Notes: generated by a model from the letters alone, not told the origin. Shown: positions 12,515 to 27,600, numbered from the stretch's first letter. The stretch is DNA of 63,429 bases from Parasitella parasitica NRRL 2501 (GCA_025201805.1 MU619255.1:175034-238462), one strand, 5' to 3'. Translations and numbers: made by a program.

Positions 12515-15140
12515 TTAGTAGGAATACATTTTCAAGTATTGGTGATAACGATTTTTTTCATTGCTGACAGTTTCATGTAACGAAGCAACCTTATTTGATA
12601 GGGCAATAAACGCCCTGTTTTGATTGCGCATGATATCAGCGATTTCTACACGTACACATTAATATGCAACCTCTCAAATTTGCATTATCCGTATTACCTT
12701 GGGGTGATTGAATCTTGTTTTGTGTCCATGATTCAGCAGTTCGTTCAACTTCCCAGATGCATCTCTTGTATTCTTCGACTCTACCGTTTAGTTGTCTTGC
12801 CAACTGGAAAAAGTAGCTGGAATAGATCAGAAAGTTAGATCTGCCGTCTATTTGTAACAATGGCACAAAAACACTCACTCATCGTCCTCAGAATACCCAA
12901 ACAACCATCTTGCATTGTTGCCAGGGTGTTTGCATGCTTCTAAAACCGCACAACCATCATTGGCATGTCGTAATTGCTCCTTGACAGCATCGTAAAGTTT
13001 TTCGACATTAGACATGCGAACCTTAAGTGTGCTCGAAAGTGCATCCAGTTGCTACACAATTTGCATTAAGTGTGTATCCCCCATTCTTTACAGCGTTATT
13101 TTACCTGTGATAATACTTGTGTGTTTTTCTTGGCATTATCCATAGCATTCAAATGTTGGGGCATTTTTTGCTTTTCAATGTATTCGCATCGTTGATGCTC
13201 CATTTTAATATACTTTTCTAATTCGTCCAATTCCTTTTGCGCTTGCTCGGGAAGTTCTGTAAAGCGTGTAGTTGACATGATATTATCGATTCTGAAACTA
13301 GTATGGTTTACTGTTTGACTTTGCCTATGTGAAGAAGAAAAAAAAAAAAAAGGGTGTGAAAAGAAATGATCTCTACATCCTGCTTTTCTTCGCTCGTTGT
13401 CTATTTATCACTTACTGTATTGTGGCAGCTAATGATGGAGTAATCAACGACGCATACATCTGGTTTGGTGGCTGTGCAGCAGCTTTGGCTAAATCATCCA
13501 AGACTTTTTCAAATGAGAAAGGATTGGGTTTACTAGGATCTACAGTGATGGCCGGAGTACTACTGGTTGAAGCTGCTTTGGAACTGGTCGCTGTAGCTGG
13601 AGTGCCAAAGCTAAATGGACTATTGGTAGTTGCAGGTTTGCTCGCATCCTTGTCACTGCCAAATATAATCTTGGGGGTTGTTGCTGTTGCTGCTGTTGTT
13701 GCTGTTGTTGCTGTTGTTGCTGTTGTTGCTGTTGTTGCTGATGATGTAGTAGTGCTGCTGGAAGAAACCGCATCTGTTGCAGGTTTAAAGCCGAATGTCG
13801 CTGATGGTGCACTTGATGTTGTAGCAGTGGAGGTACTAGGATTGGCTGATCCGAATGACAAGGAGGGTGTGGTTGTAGCGGAATTGGCACCACTTTTATC
13901 GTCTGAAGCCTTTGCAGGAGCGTTGAATGAAAATGAAGGTGTAGTCGTTGAAGATGCAGCAGCTGAGACTTTGGGGGAGTCAGTTGGCTTATTGAAAGTA
14001 AATCCACTAAAGCCAGTGCTGGCAGGAGAAGCCAAAGCAGACACCTGAGGAGCGGCAGTGGTGGAGGCTGCAGTCGTCAGAGATGTGCCGAAAGAAATCC
14101 TGGAATTGATTGATGGTGCATTGCTGGTAGCAGGCTTATCGTTAGACGCAGCTGTCGTTGGTGTTGCAGGCTTATTGAAACTGAAGGGTGAAGTAGAACT
14201 GTTTGTAGCAACAATGGATGGAGCTGCAGCTGAGGATGTGGTTGCAGGAGTTGATCCAAAGCCAAATGCTAAAGTAGATGGCGTGCCAAAAGTAGATGCA
14301 GGAGTTGAGTTGGCTGTAGCGCCCACGTTTGGAGTAGCAGAAGTAGAGGATGTAAATGAAAAGCCGGAAGCACTGGGAGCGCTAGTAGCAGAGTTATTGC
14401 TGAACGAAGATCCAAATGAATTTGCTGAATTTTGGGTGTTGAGAGGTGCAACAGAGACGGAAGGAGCTGTTGAGCTGCTGCCAACAGTTGAGTTGGGAGG
14501 ATTGAATGTGAAAGCTGACGTCGTTGTTGACGGGGACGCTGAGGGAGTGGTAAAAGTGAATGGAGTAGTACTGGCAGCTGGAGGCGTCGAAGGAACACTA
14601 GAGGCACCAAAAGTGATTTCCGATGTTGAACGTCTTAGAGAACTGGAGCGATCTGGCTGTGCAGTTAACGAATTGATTTCTGAAGCATGTCTTTTGATAG
14701 AAGCTGGCGTTGATCCAAAACCAGTAGCTGCTGAGGAAGACGCATTGGGTGCAGTAAAACTGAATGCATTGCTGCTGGTATGAGCTGAAGATGCAGCGGC
14801 AGAAGAGTCACCAAATACAAAAGGCTGACTTGATGTCGAAGCTGGCGAACTGGCACCAAAGTTAAAAGTGGTAGTAGCTGGGCTTGCTGGATTGCTTGCA
14901 GTGAAATTGAACGATCCAGGTGATGCTGCTGCAGGGCTTCCAGGCTGACTTCCAGAGAAATTGAACGACGGAGAAGACGGCACATCTCCACCAAGCTTAA
15001 AGACAAAATTAGGGATGTTGCCGTCACCCTTCTTTCCTCTTGAAGATTTTTTACTATTGAAGTCTCAAGGATTAATCCAACAGCTTCATCTGCCCTCCGC
15101 CCCCCGCCCCCCCCCCAGTGTTCAAGTGTCTTTACCTCAT
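12515..15140 (-). CDS. NUP49: Nucleoporin Nup49/Nup58-like (FG/FxF low-complexity N-terminus plus C-terminal coiled coil); multi-exon
   Basis: A 5-nt first exon ATGAG (15140-15136) splices to give MSKKSSRGKKGDGNIPNFVF. A ~520-aa S/T/A-rich region with FG/FSF/FTF motifs follows. Then TRFTELPEQAQKELDELEKYI, DYFFQLARQLNGRVEEYKRCIWEVE and FIALSNKVASLHETV, typical of the Nup49/p58 coiled coil. Stop TAA at 12515-12517. Confidence 0.75.
13678..13740. repeat. Coding microsatellite (GTTGTTGCT)n encoding (ATT)n in the nucleoporin
   Basis: Direct 9-nt tandem repeat; the protein reads SATTATTATTATTATTAATATT. Confidence 0.9.
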
Positions 15141-15435
15141 CTTTCGTCTCTAATTTGATATTAACAGAACTAACGGCTTGGTTATTTCTGATGGTAGAAT
15201 GTATAAATATTTGATTAGAGCAAGAGAAAAGAAGAAAAAGAAAGACAGTAGGATACGCGATTATGGGCAATCAACTACATGCCGTATCCAAGCGCTCTGC
15301 TGCAGTCACTTTTTTTTTTGATATGGCCAAAACGTGAAATGCGTGCTCAGTGAGAAAAGCAAGTTTACTACAGTAGTATGCGCAGGCTTAACCAACTGGT
15401 GCATATTCTATGATACGACACAATTGTAGCATTTA

Positions 15436-16232
15436 TTACAGTGCATTTACTTGAAATAGTTTATTTGAACTGAGCATTGTAATCTGATCCATCAGAGATA
15501 GAATGTCGGTATTCTCTTTGTTACTTTGTAGGCAAGTCTTTTCGTTTGCAGTTCTTGCTCTTTTATGGCGCTTGAAAAGCCTGCAATAGCTTCCTTCAGT
15601 TCTTGATTAGCAGCATCAATTTCTGCGCACCGCTTCATTTGGTTCTTTAGATCCATCTTTGTCAGTAATTCAGAGGGTGACACTTTCTTATCAGACAAGC
15701 TTTCCACTCGAGATAGTAAATATTGAACATCTTGCTCTAATGCACGAATTCTGTCAGCGCCATTATTGGCTGTCGATTCGCTAATTTTATTACTCGTGGT
15801 CGACAAATCTTCGTCACCAACGCACACATTACTGCCCAATTTCGATATATCGACATGATCTATGGTTTGCTCTATGTTTTTTATTAACCTTTTCACTTTA
15901 CTGGTATGCGTTTTCGACGGTCTTCCATCGATAGCGTGTGGTTTAGCCATGCGTTTGCTGATTTCATCTACCTTTTCCGAGAGTTGCTTGTGGTCATCAA
16001 TGAGTTTGTTCAAGGTCATGCGTAATTGCACCACTTCATTTATATCTAATTCCTTTTGGGAATTATTCGCTCTTTGACTATCCGAGCGTACATGAATTTT
16101 TGCAGCTTTCGCATGTATAGGTTAGTTCTTCTTGCCTGATGTCACAGGGATGCAAACTTTACGCACTTACCTTGATCTAAAGTTTCGTTGAAAATTGAAT
16201 ATAGTACAAAAAAGAGTGCTATCAACATTTTG
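15436..16232 (-). CDS. Hypothetical coiled-coil protein; 5' end unresolved, probably extends toward or across the N gap
   Basis: A 180-aa ORF (15492-16034) has heptad-like segments (LRMTLNKLIDDHKQLSEKVDEISKRM; RIRALEQDVQYLLSRVESL) and is flanked by plausible GT-AG introns. Confidence 0.5.
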
Positions 16233-16360
16233 CTAGGAGGTAATAGAAAGAGAAAAAGACGCTGGATACATGTATTCGTTTTACATGATTTTTTTAATTG
16301 AAGAGTTCTTTGTTCTTTTCGCTATTGTCCAAGGTCATCTTTAATGAAATCAATACCTTT

Positions 16361-16440
16361 NNNNNNNNNNNNNNNNNNNNNNNNNNNNNNNNNNNNNNNN
16401 NNNNNNNNNNNNNNNNNNNNNNNNNNNNNNNNNNNNNNNN
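16361..16440. other. Assembly gap (N run)
   Basis: 80 N bases adjacent to a poly-A tract. Confidence 1.
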
Positions 16441-16672
16441 AAAAAAAAAAAAATATATATATATCAAACTGTCATATATACATGCTCCTAACTGCACAAT
16501 TGCAGTTAATGAGGCCAATTTCATTATGCCCATGGTGGTTGGGTCAATAAACCAACATGTTCATACGCTCGTTTACCGTTTATTATGTACAAACATCTGT
16601 AACAGATTTTTGCAACACAGACGAGTCGTAGAAAAGACATAATGTGGATCAAGAAGCTAATTTTATTATCGA

Positions 16673-17311
16673 TTAATTAATTAACGCATGGTTATCATTA
16701 CAATGGCTTGCTAGTGAAGATAAGGATGTAGACGAGAGAGGAGAGGTTATAATATAGGAAGATGAAGAGGAAGAAAAGGTTGCAGTAGTGCTGTAGGAAG
16801 AATGATGAATAGGAGGGTTTCTCTTAGGAGGAGCATGATGGCCCAATGTGTTACTTCGAGTAAGGCACGGCTTGGTGATTCCATTTATCTTGTCGTTGTC
16901 ATTGTCGTCGCCAGTACGGACAGTTTTCGACCTCATTTTTCTCGGTGGTGGGGATAATGCCGACACAACTGGTGGTGGCGGCACTGGTGGCAGTGTATGG
17001 TAGCAATGGTATGATTCTAAACGAACGTTTTACGAAATTGTATACAGGCAGAATGGCACAATTCTTCATTTACCTTGTTTCATGGCTCTTATCGCTGGTA
17101 TTGTGCCTGGTTCTTTGGAGGATTGGTGGATATAACTGCTGTGTCTTCGTACTATCAAAGTTTCTTGAAGCTGCTCATTGTCTTCGTCATCCGCTTCTTC
17201 CAATCCACTTTGTATTTTGGAGAGCCTTTTTTCTTTGACTTTGGTCGTGATGAACTTTGAGAACTTTTTAATCTTTTGTTGAAGCGTATTATTGCTATTT
17301 TGATCTGACAT
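16673..17311 (-). CDS. Hypothetical low-complexity protein (2 exons)
   Basis: MSDQNSNNTLQQKIKKFSK...AMKQ splices via gtaaat...tttag in frame to ESYHCYHTLPPVPPPPVV...NHALIN*. Confidence 0.6.
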
Positions 17312-17620
17312 GGTTTCAGACAAAAACAAAAGGATCTGCAAAAGATATACAAAAAAAAATATTTATTTTAATTTTAAATCAGGGAAATAGAAAAGAAAAT
17401 GTGGGAGATAATGTGAAATAAGAAATTCAATGCTTTGTTATAAAAAAAAATAGTGCGTGATAACGTGTGATATTTGCATTTTCTGGTCTAAAATAATAAT
17501 AAAAAAAAAAGGTGTGTCTGCAGCAATAGATTGATATATAAAATGTTTACAAGTGCGAAAAATTAAATTGTACAAAAAAAAAAAAGGGGGGGGGGGGGGG
17601 GGGGGGGCGAGGAGGAGGGC

Positions 17621-18178
17621 CTAATCCTCCATGGTAACATCTTGACTTGTCAAAACTCGACCACCCTTCTTTCCATTATCAGGCTTGCCAATGCCAGCAG
17701 CACGGTCAGCCTAAGTTGAAATATCAGTAAAAGCACGTACTACCTCCTCTGTCCAATCATGTGAATTACCTCTTCCTGTGTATAAGGCTCGTCTTCTAAT
17801 TTCTTGAGCCTTCGCTTGTGTAGTTTACTTTTCAAATGCTCTTCCAAATGTGTGCCCGAGATGAAGTGACGTCTACAAGGCAGAGCGTTAGTTGTCTGTC
17901 TGTATTTCCACCGCATCGACCTACTTACGCACACTCAACACAGTAGTGTTGACCAAGACCAGGCAGATCAGTGTCAATCTCTTGATTCTTCTTCTTGCCG
18001 ATATTCTCGGGCTTCAGATCATCAGCAATTTGATCGAGATCACGGGTGTAAGCTCTAGTTCGTTGCTTGCGATAATTATCACGGATTCCATGATGATTTC
18101 TCTTGTGGCGAAGTCTAATTACCCAAAGGATCAACCTGCCATCCAGTCGATTCAAAACTTGTAGTCTTACCTTCCCAT
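17621..18178 (-). CDS. BUD20: Bud20/ZNF593 C2H2 zinc finger, 60S biogenesis/export factor (4 exons)
   Basis: [12 protein letters not shown]...[16 protein letters not shown]...[16 protein letters not shown]|[34 protein letters not shown]|ADRAAG carries the Bud20 signature. Confidence 0.93.
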
Positions 18179-18387
18179 TTCTTCTTTGAATGAATGCTAA
18201 AAGAAAACTTTGATGAGGAAAAAAAAAAAAAGAAAAAAAAAAGAGAAGCCTTTTGCGTTTGATTAAAACTAGTCACCAAGAGAAAGCAAAAGCATTGAAC
18301 ATTGGGATGGTGGCTGAGACAAGATATGGAAGCACAACATGGTGTAAAGTCGCAAAAACGCATCTTTGAACCTGCCATTCGTATAAA

Positions 18388-20208
<1,821 letters not shown>

Positions 20209-21036
20209 TAATTTTACCTTGATATTATTATACACTATCAAGTTTTAATACGAAACTACACATATAAGCTTTGTGAAGTTAATTAACACTCAATTATAGC
20301 CAACTCATACAATACAGAGTGATCAAACACAGACTCTGCTGTAGCCGACGGCTGTTCAATTAAAAAACCTCTTTACGGAAATGGACTATACAGTAATGCA
20401 AGCTTAATAAGCTTGTTTTTTATTATCAATTATATATCTTGACTTAAACTAAAAGTATTTCTGCGTATTTTTCATCAGAAGCTCAGAGAATAAACGAAAT
20501 CACAGAAAAAAATGCGTTTGTGTCTGCTGTAGAGTGCTCATAGGCACCTCCCTGCATCAGTTTCAATGTTAAAAGCGATAGAGATAGTTGATATCTAGTA
20601 TTTTCATGCCGTCCATCGGCATAAAATTTCGAGCTTTAAGGAAGTGCTTGATTAAGCTATTGCTCCGCTATTTTGAACTTTCGATTTTCAGGAATATCTA
20701 GTCGAAAGGCATTTATTGAATATTACCTGGATGGATGTAAAGAATTTAATTATATTATCATCAACTAGAAGTATCAATTTACTATATGTTTTTGTTATCT
20801 AATTAGCAATTGTCCATTTATTCATTTATTCATCTTTTTCTTTGGAAAAATTGTCTAAAATTCAAGTAGGCAGCTTAAGAAAAGGTTGAACACATACAAA
20901 CAAACATACAAACAAACAGGACATTTAAAGGCGGGAGAAACTGTATTTGAGGATTTTTGTGCATTTATTTATCAAATGGAACGAAGAAAATCTACTATGA
21001 GATGAAATGATGGTTTTTTCTTTTTTTTTTTTTTTT

Positions 21037-21179
21037 NNNNNNNNNNNNNNNNNNNNNNNNNNNNNNNNNNNNNNNNNNNNNNNNNNNNNNNNNNNNNNNN
21101 NNNNNNNNNNNNNNNNNNNNNNNNNNNNNNNNNNNNNNNNNNNNNNNNNNNNNNNNNNNNNNNNNNNNNNNNNNNNNNN
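21037..21179. other. Assembly gap (N run)
   Basis: N run following a poly-T tract. Confidence 1.
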
Positions 21180-21496
21180 GAGTGTTTTGAATGAAGAGAA
21201 GAAGAAACAGAACCGGCCGATCAAAGCATAAATTAAATATATATGTAAAAGCATAATTCGAAAAGGGAAAAAAAAGTTAAATAAACATACAACCACGCAG
21301 AAAGTAAAGAAAGAAGGGGTAAAATTTGAAGGGGAGGGGGAGAAAGGGGTAAATACATAAAGTATATACATATAATAATAATGATAATTTTTTTTGCATA
21401 GAAATAAGAGAGAGAGAGAAAGAGAGAAAGAGAGAAAATATATATTTGAATAAATTAAAAAAGAATGGGATGATGAATGAATGTGCAAAGAAGAAT

Positions 21497-22654
21497 TTAC
21501 AATGCTGTTCTTGGTAATAAATCGAATTGATCATTCAGATTCAATTCAGTATCAAAGATGGGCTCAGAAAGACGACGGAATAACTATAAGAATTGTGTGT
21601 TATTATAATGATGCTGAATCTAAACGATTGCAATGCTTACCTCGGTCGATTGGATATATCTGTCTTGGGATGTATTTACTGGAAGGGAATATCTGCGATT
21701 GTCAAACATCATGGAATTGTTATCAGCATACATGCGTCGCATGGCAGCAGTAGCGGCAGCCACAGCAATATCATTGGTTGCCAAGCCATTTGGTGATGAA
21801 AAGTAGTTGATGCCTTGTGCCAAGAAATTGGGAGATGACAACCAATCTTGTTGTTGTTGCTGGTATAGTTTGCGGTTATTGTTCATAAATGCAGGATCAA
21901 ACAAGTATTGTTGGTGCTGTTGCTGGTTGTCGACGAATGGTGTAACAGGCGTCATAAGTAACTCTTCTTCATCAGCAGAGCAAGAGGCATCACTATAGAA
22001 TGGAGGGTAGGACAGGGTACGAGTCATTGGAGTAGTGAATGCATTGTTTGAGCAGTTAGTGCAAGCACAAGCAGAGTGGTTTGATGGAGGACTTGGGATA
22101 CAGGTATTCTCATAGATGTTATATTGACTATTGTTCTTCATAAGAGAGTCAGGGCTGTACATGTCGTTTAAAGCGTTGCAAGAGAATGACATGATGTTTT
22201 GGGTGGGTGAAGATGATGCTGAAGACGAAGGTGATAAAGAGGATGAAGGTGTTGCAATGGTTGATTTGCCCGAGTTGTTGATGGCTGGATTCGACTTGGC
22301 ATTAACAGACTTCTCCTTGGCTCTGCGATTCTGGAACCAAACTTGAACCCCACGAGGTGTCATTCCAAGCTTTTGAGCTAGCCATCTGCGAACAGCAGCG
22401 TTTGGCTTTGGGTTTTCAAGAAATGTCTTTTCGAGCACCTTGAATTGGGCACGAGACGTTCTTCTGCGATGCTTGATCTCAAATGGATTGTAGAAAGTAG
22501 GTCTGAAATCGTCACCTTGTTGCAATTTTTTGTTGTTTGTGTCTTGTTCATCTTGTGAGTGTTGTTCATGGTAAAAAATATCTTCGTCCTGCAAGAAAGG
22601 CATGCCCTCATTGTAGGTCGACAAGGTGGATTGATACTGTTGTTGTTGATTCAT
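21497..22654 (-). CDS. Homeobox transcription factor (2 exons)
   Basis: Homeodomain KHRRRTSRAQFKVLEKTFLENPKPNAAVRRWLAQKLGMTPRGVQVWFQNRRAKEK preceded by FYNPFEI. An intron starting gtaagc near 21641 joins the terminal exon LFRRLSEPIFD...PRTAL*. Confidence 0.92.
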
Positions 22655-24220
22655 GGTATTGTTCGTTATCAGATAGTGGCAGGGGAAAATGTAATGTATA
22701 TATATAGTATTTTAGATTTCTTAAATCAACATGTATTTAGAAAGAAAGAAAAAATTGGTGTTTTTTTTGAGAGAATAAAATATATGGATATAGGTGAGTT
22801 TTCTTCTCTAGAAGATAAAGATGAAAATTATAGACAAAAATATGTAAAGAAGTAGGAAAAAAAAAGAAATTTGCTTGTCAAAATAAACTTATTTATATAT
22901 CAATCAATCAATCAGTTTGATTAATGGTGGAATGTTGGGGGGAGGAAGAATAGAAAGAGGAGGGGGGGGGGACGAAAATGAGAGAAAGAGGAGAAAGGAG
23001 AATCGAGAAGCCCAAAAAAGAGGCATATAGTAGAGAAGAAGGGGTGTACAGTATAGTTTGGTATTGTGTTTGTAAGCCCACAATTAGGGGGAAATGTCTT
23101 TCTTTTTTTTTTTTTTACTTTTTGAGTTTAGGAGGCCCTTTTTCGAATATCAACATCCATCATAACGAATCAGTTGTTATTTCCGAGGGTAAAACATATG
23201 CACCATGTATCTTTTTGTATACATACATAAACAAAATACAAGACAAAAAAGCTAGATTCATGTGCTGTTTCTCGAATCAAAAGACATTTTCCATTGCCAT
23301 ATATAAAAAAGGGAGGAAGTAGCTATATATATCAGACATTTAGGTGGCAAGATGGCACACAAAAAAAAAAAAAAAATTAATAGCATTGATCGACAGATAT
23401 TATTTGTGGTTAATTGAACCTTCCAGTCGTGATGATCAAATATAGTATTTCACAAGATTGGCCGAATTGTTGAATTGGAATCAAATTATTTTTGTTTTTT
23501 AAGGGGAAAAACAAAAGAAAGGAAGCTCGGTATCAAGTGTAAAAAACGGAAAGAAACTTTCTGCAATACTACACTCGAGTGCAATTCACATGTATTTGTA
23601 TCCCTTTACCTTTCTACATTTTATGTATGTAATCGAATATAAACAGTGTATAGACGCTCTCCCCTTCACACATCTAATTCCTGTCGAAAGGGTAACGTAT
23701 ATCAAGAAATGACGTTTTTCCATTCCATATGATTTTTCATACATTTACCCAGATGCAATTCATCGAAAAAAAAAAAAATGTCAAGTATAGCAATTAATAA
23801 TCATCTTGCGTACGTGTGCTTCGGGTGCTTTTGGTGTGTGCGTGTGTGTTACACTAATAAATACTCTCTCGCTTCAATTGTTTTAATTTAGTAATCTGGG
23901 TGTAACCTATGATTATCCCTTTGATTTACCCCTAAATACAAACAAATAAATTTTTTGTTTTGTACACAGAGCAATAACACTGATATTGCAGGAACAAATC
24001 AAATAGAATATGCTCATGTTGTCAGTTTAAGATACGTACCACCGCATCAATCGGTAAAAAAAGAAATTAGCTACTCGTTGGGACCACATACACAAGTTTA
24101 AACAAATCACTAATTATAGGAGAACCGAAACCTATTGTAATTCATAGGGGTAAAAAGGTAAGATGAGACAGGATCGACATGATATTGTTTTAATCGACGT
24201 TAACCCGATGCATAAGTGTA

Positions 24221-24230
24221 NNNNNNNNNN
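24221..24230. other. Assembly gap (10 N)
   Basis: N run. Confidence 1.
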
Positions 24231-26479
24231 AAAAAAAAAGGACAATGCATCAGCAACAGCAGAACAAGACATAAACCACCTCCCATAAGAACACATTTAC
24301 AGCATCTATTACATAATGTATTCAGGAGTACTATCTACATTGAACAAGAGGAGTAATGCCTTGGAAAGCACATCATAGTTAGTGTCCGCTCACCCATTCC
24401 AGTTGACTAAATAGAGAAAAAAAAAGAAACCCTAAATCCGATCCGATGCTTATTTGAACAACAACAACAACAATGCTAGTAGTAGTAGTAACAATAAGGA
24501 GGGATATATATGTTGGCTACATTAATCGAAAAAGAGTGCTTCCATATACTCGCTTACCCTTAAACACAGAGAAAATTCATCAATATATCGATTGTATCCG
24601 TGTTTTAAAAGTGTAGATCACTTCTAGATTGTATAACATGATTATAAATATGCTTTAAGGTTGCTAGGTTACTTGTTAATACGCGTTTTATATGTTAGTT
24701 TGGTATTTATTGCATTACAGTGATATTTTCATCATCATTCAAATATCCGTAGACGTGTGTTTTTGTTTCCATATTCAAGGGTTGTTTTGAGGGTGTTTGA
24801 AGGCTCATATCCAAGACTTATTAAGGCAGGAGTGGTTGAAAGAAAAGGAGCAAGTAAATAAGGAGAAAACAAAGGTGCGGAAATGACGTGAGAAACAGTA
24901 TGTATACATTTATTAAATTTTCTCATGCATTTCTTTTGCGTTTCTCTCCACATGAATGCTGGACGTTGTTATTATAATATAGTTTGGATGTTGCTTTAAT
25001 TAAAAATAAACATACAAATCCAGCAATTTCATCTTTCAGGGAAACTACAAAGTAAATTACTGTACAATACTCCTAAAATCAGCTCTTCTAAAAATATTTT
25101 TAGGGGATTGTATGTTAAATAACAAGCAACCTTTTCAAAAATAGCAGCATGACTAGTCCCAAATCTCGATCTCAAATTTGTCTAATAATGGGGAGAACAG
25201 GTCCACTATGCATTTTCGTTCGATAAATAAGTGGAACAAGGCCCTTTGGGTGGATCAGATCAACCTGTAGCTCCAGCGTGCATACCATACGAAACGCGTT
25301 CTTGCTCTCTCTCTTTTCCCCATTATTTCTACGGACTGACCTCCTGCTGCTTGTCCTACCTTCTACATTTGAATTTAATGGCATTGTGTCGCACTATCTT
25401 GCATAATAGGATTAAATCACACATACAGTGTGTTTTTTGCATAAACCAAATCACGTTTTCTGATGCTGTTGACAATCTCAAATGCGGCATTTATGTAATA
25501 AAGAAGCATAGGCATCAAATGGACTCAAATCTGTCATGTAATTGATTCGAAACAGTGATTTTTTTTTTAGCGAACGTTGGTGAAAACAGAAGTGAAACAA
25601 AGATTGGAATTCAAATGCTGACGATCTTCAAAAAACTTGGATCTTGGTTTACTACAGCAATAGGGTATATGCATACACTTCAACTGATTTAGTAATCAGG
25701 TACTACTGATCCAGAAAAAGTAATTTTTGTCATGTCAGAATTAGAAAGCAAAATTGCTCTCCCAAAGCCCTACGGTTTTGATTTGAAAGTGTAAAAAGTG
25801 CTCTTCATACATGTAATCAGACTCAAATTTTTGCAGGCTCGAGGAAGAAGCATATGCGAGAGGCTCACGAGCAAAATCAGCCGTGCCTGCAGAATACGCA
25901 TATCTTGATCAAACTTTTTTCGATGGGCCAAGAAATTTAACTAGTTATTTTTGTCAATGAGATTATCACAGAATTTTGAAGGTGTCCATTCAAAGATGGA
26001 TTTCGTAAATGCAAGGAATTACCAGCCGTTACATGTTATTTTTGAAAAAGGTGGCGAGGTTTGCGGGCTAGTGGCCCTGAGATATAAAAGATTTACATTG
26101 ATGTGGTCAATGTCCTTATACATAGCGCTAAATACCCTGCTCAAAGAGAGGATGCAAAAGCACCTACCTCCCTCCATATTCTCCTGAGCTGTATGTGTCT
26201 AATTGAGGTTTTTTTTTTTTTGCTGACCTTTATATCCAAAATGAAGAATACAGTTTTTTCGCTGTCTTGGGCACATGATCTGAAATTGCTCATTGCAGAC
26301 TGTGATTGTAACAAAACGTTACATCCACAAAAAACCATCGTACATAAGCGCTGAAAAAATGTCATCAGAATTGCTATGCAGATCAGGTTAAAATGGAAAA
26401 TGCCTACCTGTGTATTTTTTATTCCTTTCTTCTTTTTCGTTCAATTTTATTGGTGTCATATCGACATTTATCATATCGT

Positions 26480-27600
26480 TGAAACACAAATGTTCCATTT
26501 GCCATCGTAGCTCGAGGGATGCAGTGATGCTTAGACGCCATCTTCTTCAGCAACATCAACTCTCCCTTCTTAATATTTTGCGTGGCGTACGAAGATTCAA
26601 CAATGACGACTTCATCTACGCGAAGAGCTTGGATGATAAAAGATCATTCAGCTATTGCGTCTCACTTTGTATACCCGTTTTGTTTTTTGTATTATCTAGA
26701 GTTATCGCTCCTGAAAGATCACGTACAAGCTACACATATTTCAAGGAAAAGAGCGGCGCCGAAAGATATCGACCTATGCCTTGGAAACTCGATATCAGTT
26801 TCCGCTACTGCACAAAAATTGACCCCATTTGTCACTATGGTTTTCTAAAGATAATCAATCGTCATTGGCCACGCTTTAGTCGTGGAAAACTGCCTACGTC
26901 TTCCTTGTTGGTGCCCAAAACGAGCTAACCTACTGGCTACGGACTAGTATGTCTTCTGCACAAACACTATTTCCTTACAGCGATGATTAATCTGTCTAGT
27001 TCAGAGCGTACTTTCTGGGTGGACTTTATTCCAAATATTTGGGAATCACCCTGGTCTATTGAATTATCAGTATTGTGAGATGCACTCCATACAAAACGCC
27101 AAATTTGTACATCAGGGAAAGGCACGCTTCGTAGATGGAATAGTTTACGATGAACACAATAAATAAAGAGTAGTAATGGAGTCTTCAAATAGTGTAGTCA
27201 AGGAGAACGTTGGGCATACCACGGATGATACCGTAAGGCAAATATATAGCGCCATTACTATGATTGATTCTGACATACATCATGACATGAACGCAAGTCT
27301 TTACACCATGACCAAAACCGCAGTTTTTGCAATTCATCTTGTGTAAACAACTTTTAAATTATCAACCGTTCGTCCAAACAACGATTTGCAACAGCTAAAA
27401 TTACGAACAGATCTAAACTTGTCAGATACGAACTCACTACGAGCAACAAACCAAATGGTTGCGTATATTTGATTTAATGGCCAAGCTAATAGAGCTGTTG
27501 AGAGATCAAAAGGTAGTTTCTGATCTTTTGGAAGCTGAACAAGATGGCGCTATTAATATTGATGAAAGCAACACTATCCGAGCTACAGCCAGATTTATTC
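26480..27600 (+). pseudogene. Frameshifted relic encoding two C2H2-like fingers plus a putative PD-(D/E)XK-like nuclease domain
   Basis: Across frames: CSICHRSSRDAVMLRRHLLQQH; HFVYPFCFLYYLELSLLKDHVQATH; ERTFWV..; YQYCEMHS..RFVDGIVYDEHNK*RVVMESSNSVVKENVGHTTDDTVRQ; WLRIFDLMAKLIELLRDQKVV. Multiple stops and frameshifts. Confidence 0.55.

Noticed and set aside
13329-14783. Long plus-strand ORFs (239 and 241 aa) and a minus-strand poly-Q ORF (13540-14007)
   Set aside because: Antisense or alternate-frame shadows of the low-complexity nucleoporin exon and its microsatellite.
17586-17607. Long poly-G tract downstream of BUD20
   Set aside because: Homopolymer runs are frequent throughout this window and their length is unreliable; no evidence of function.
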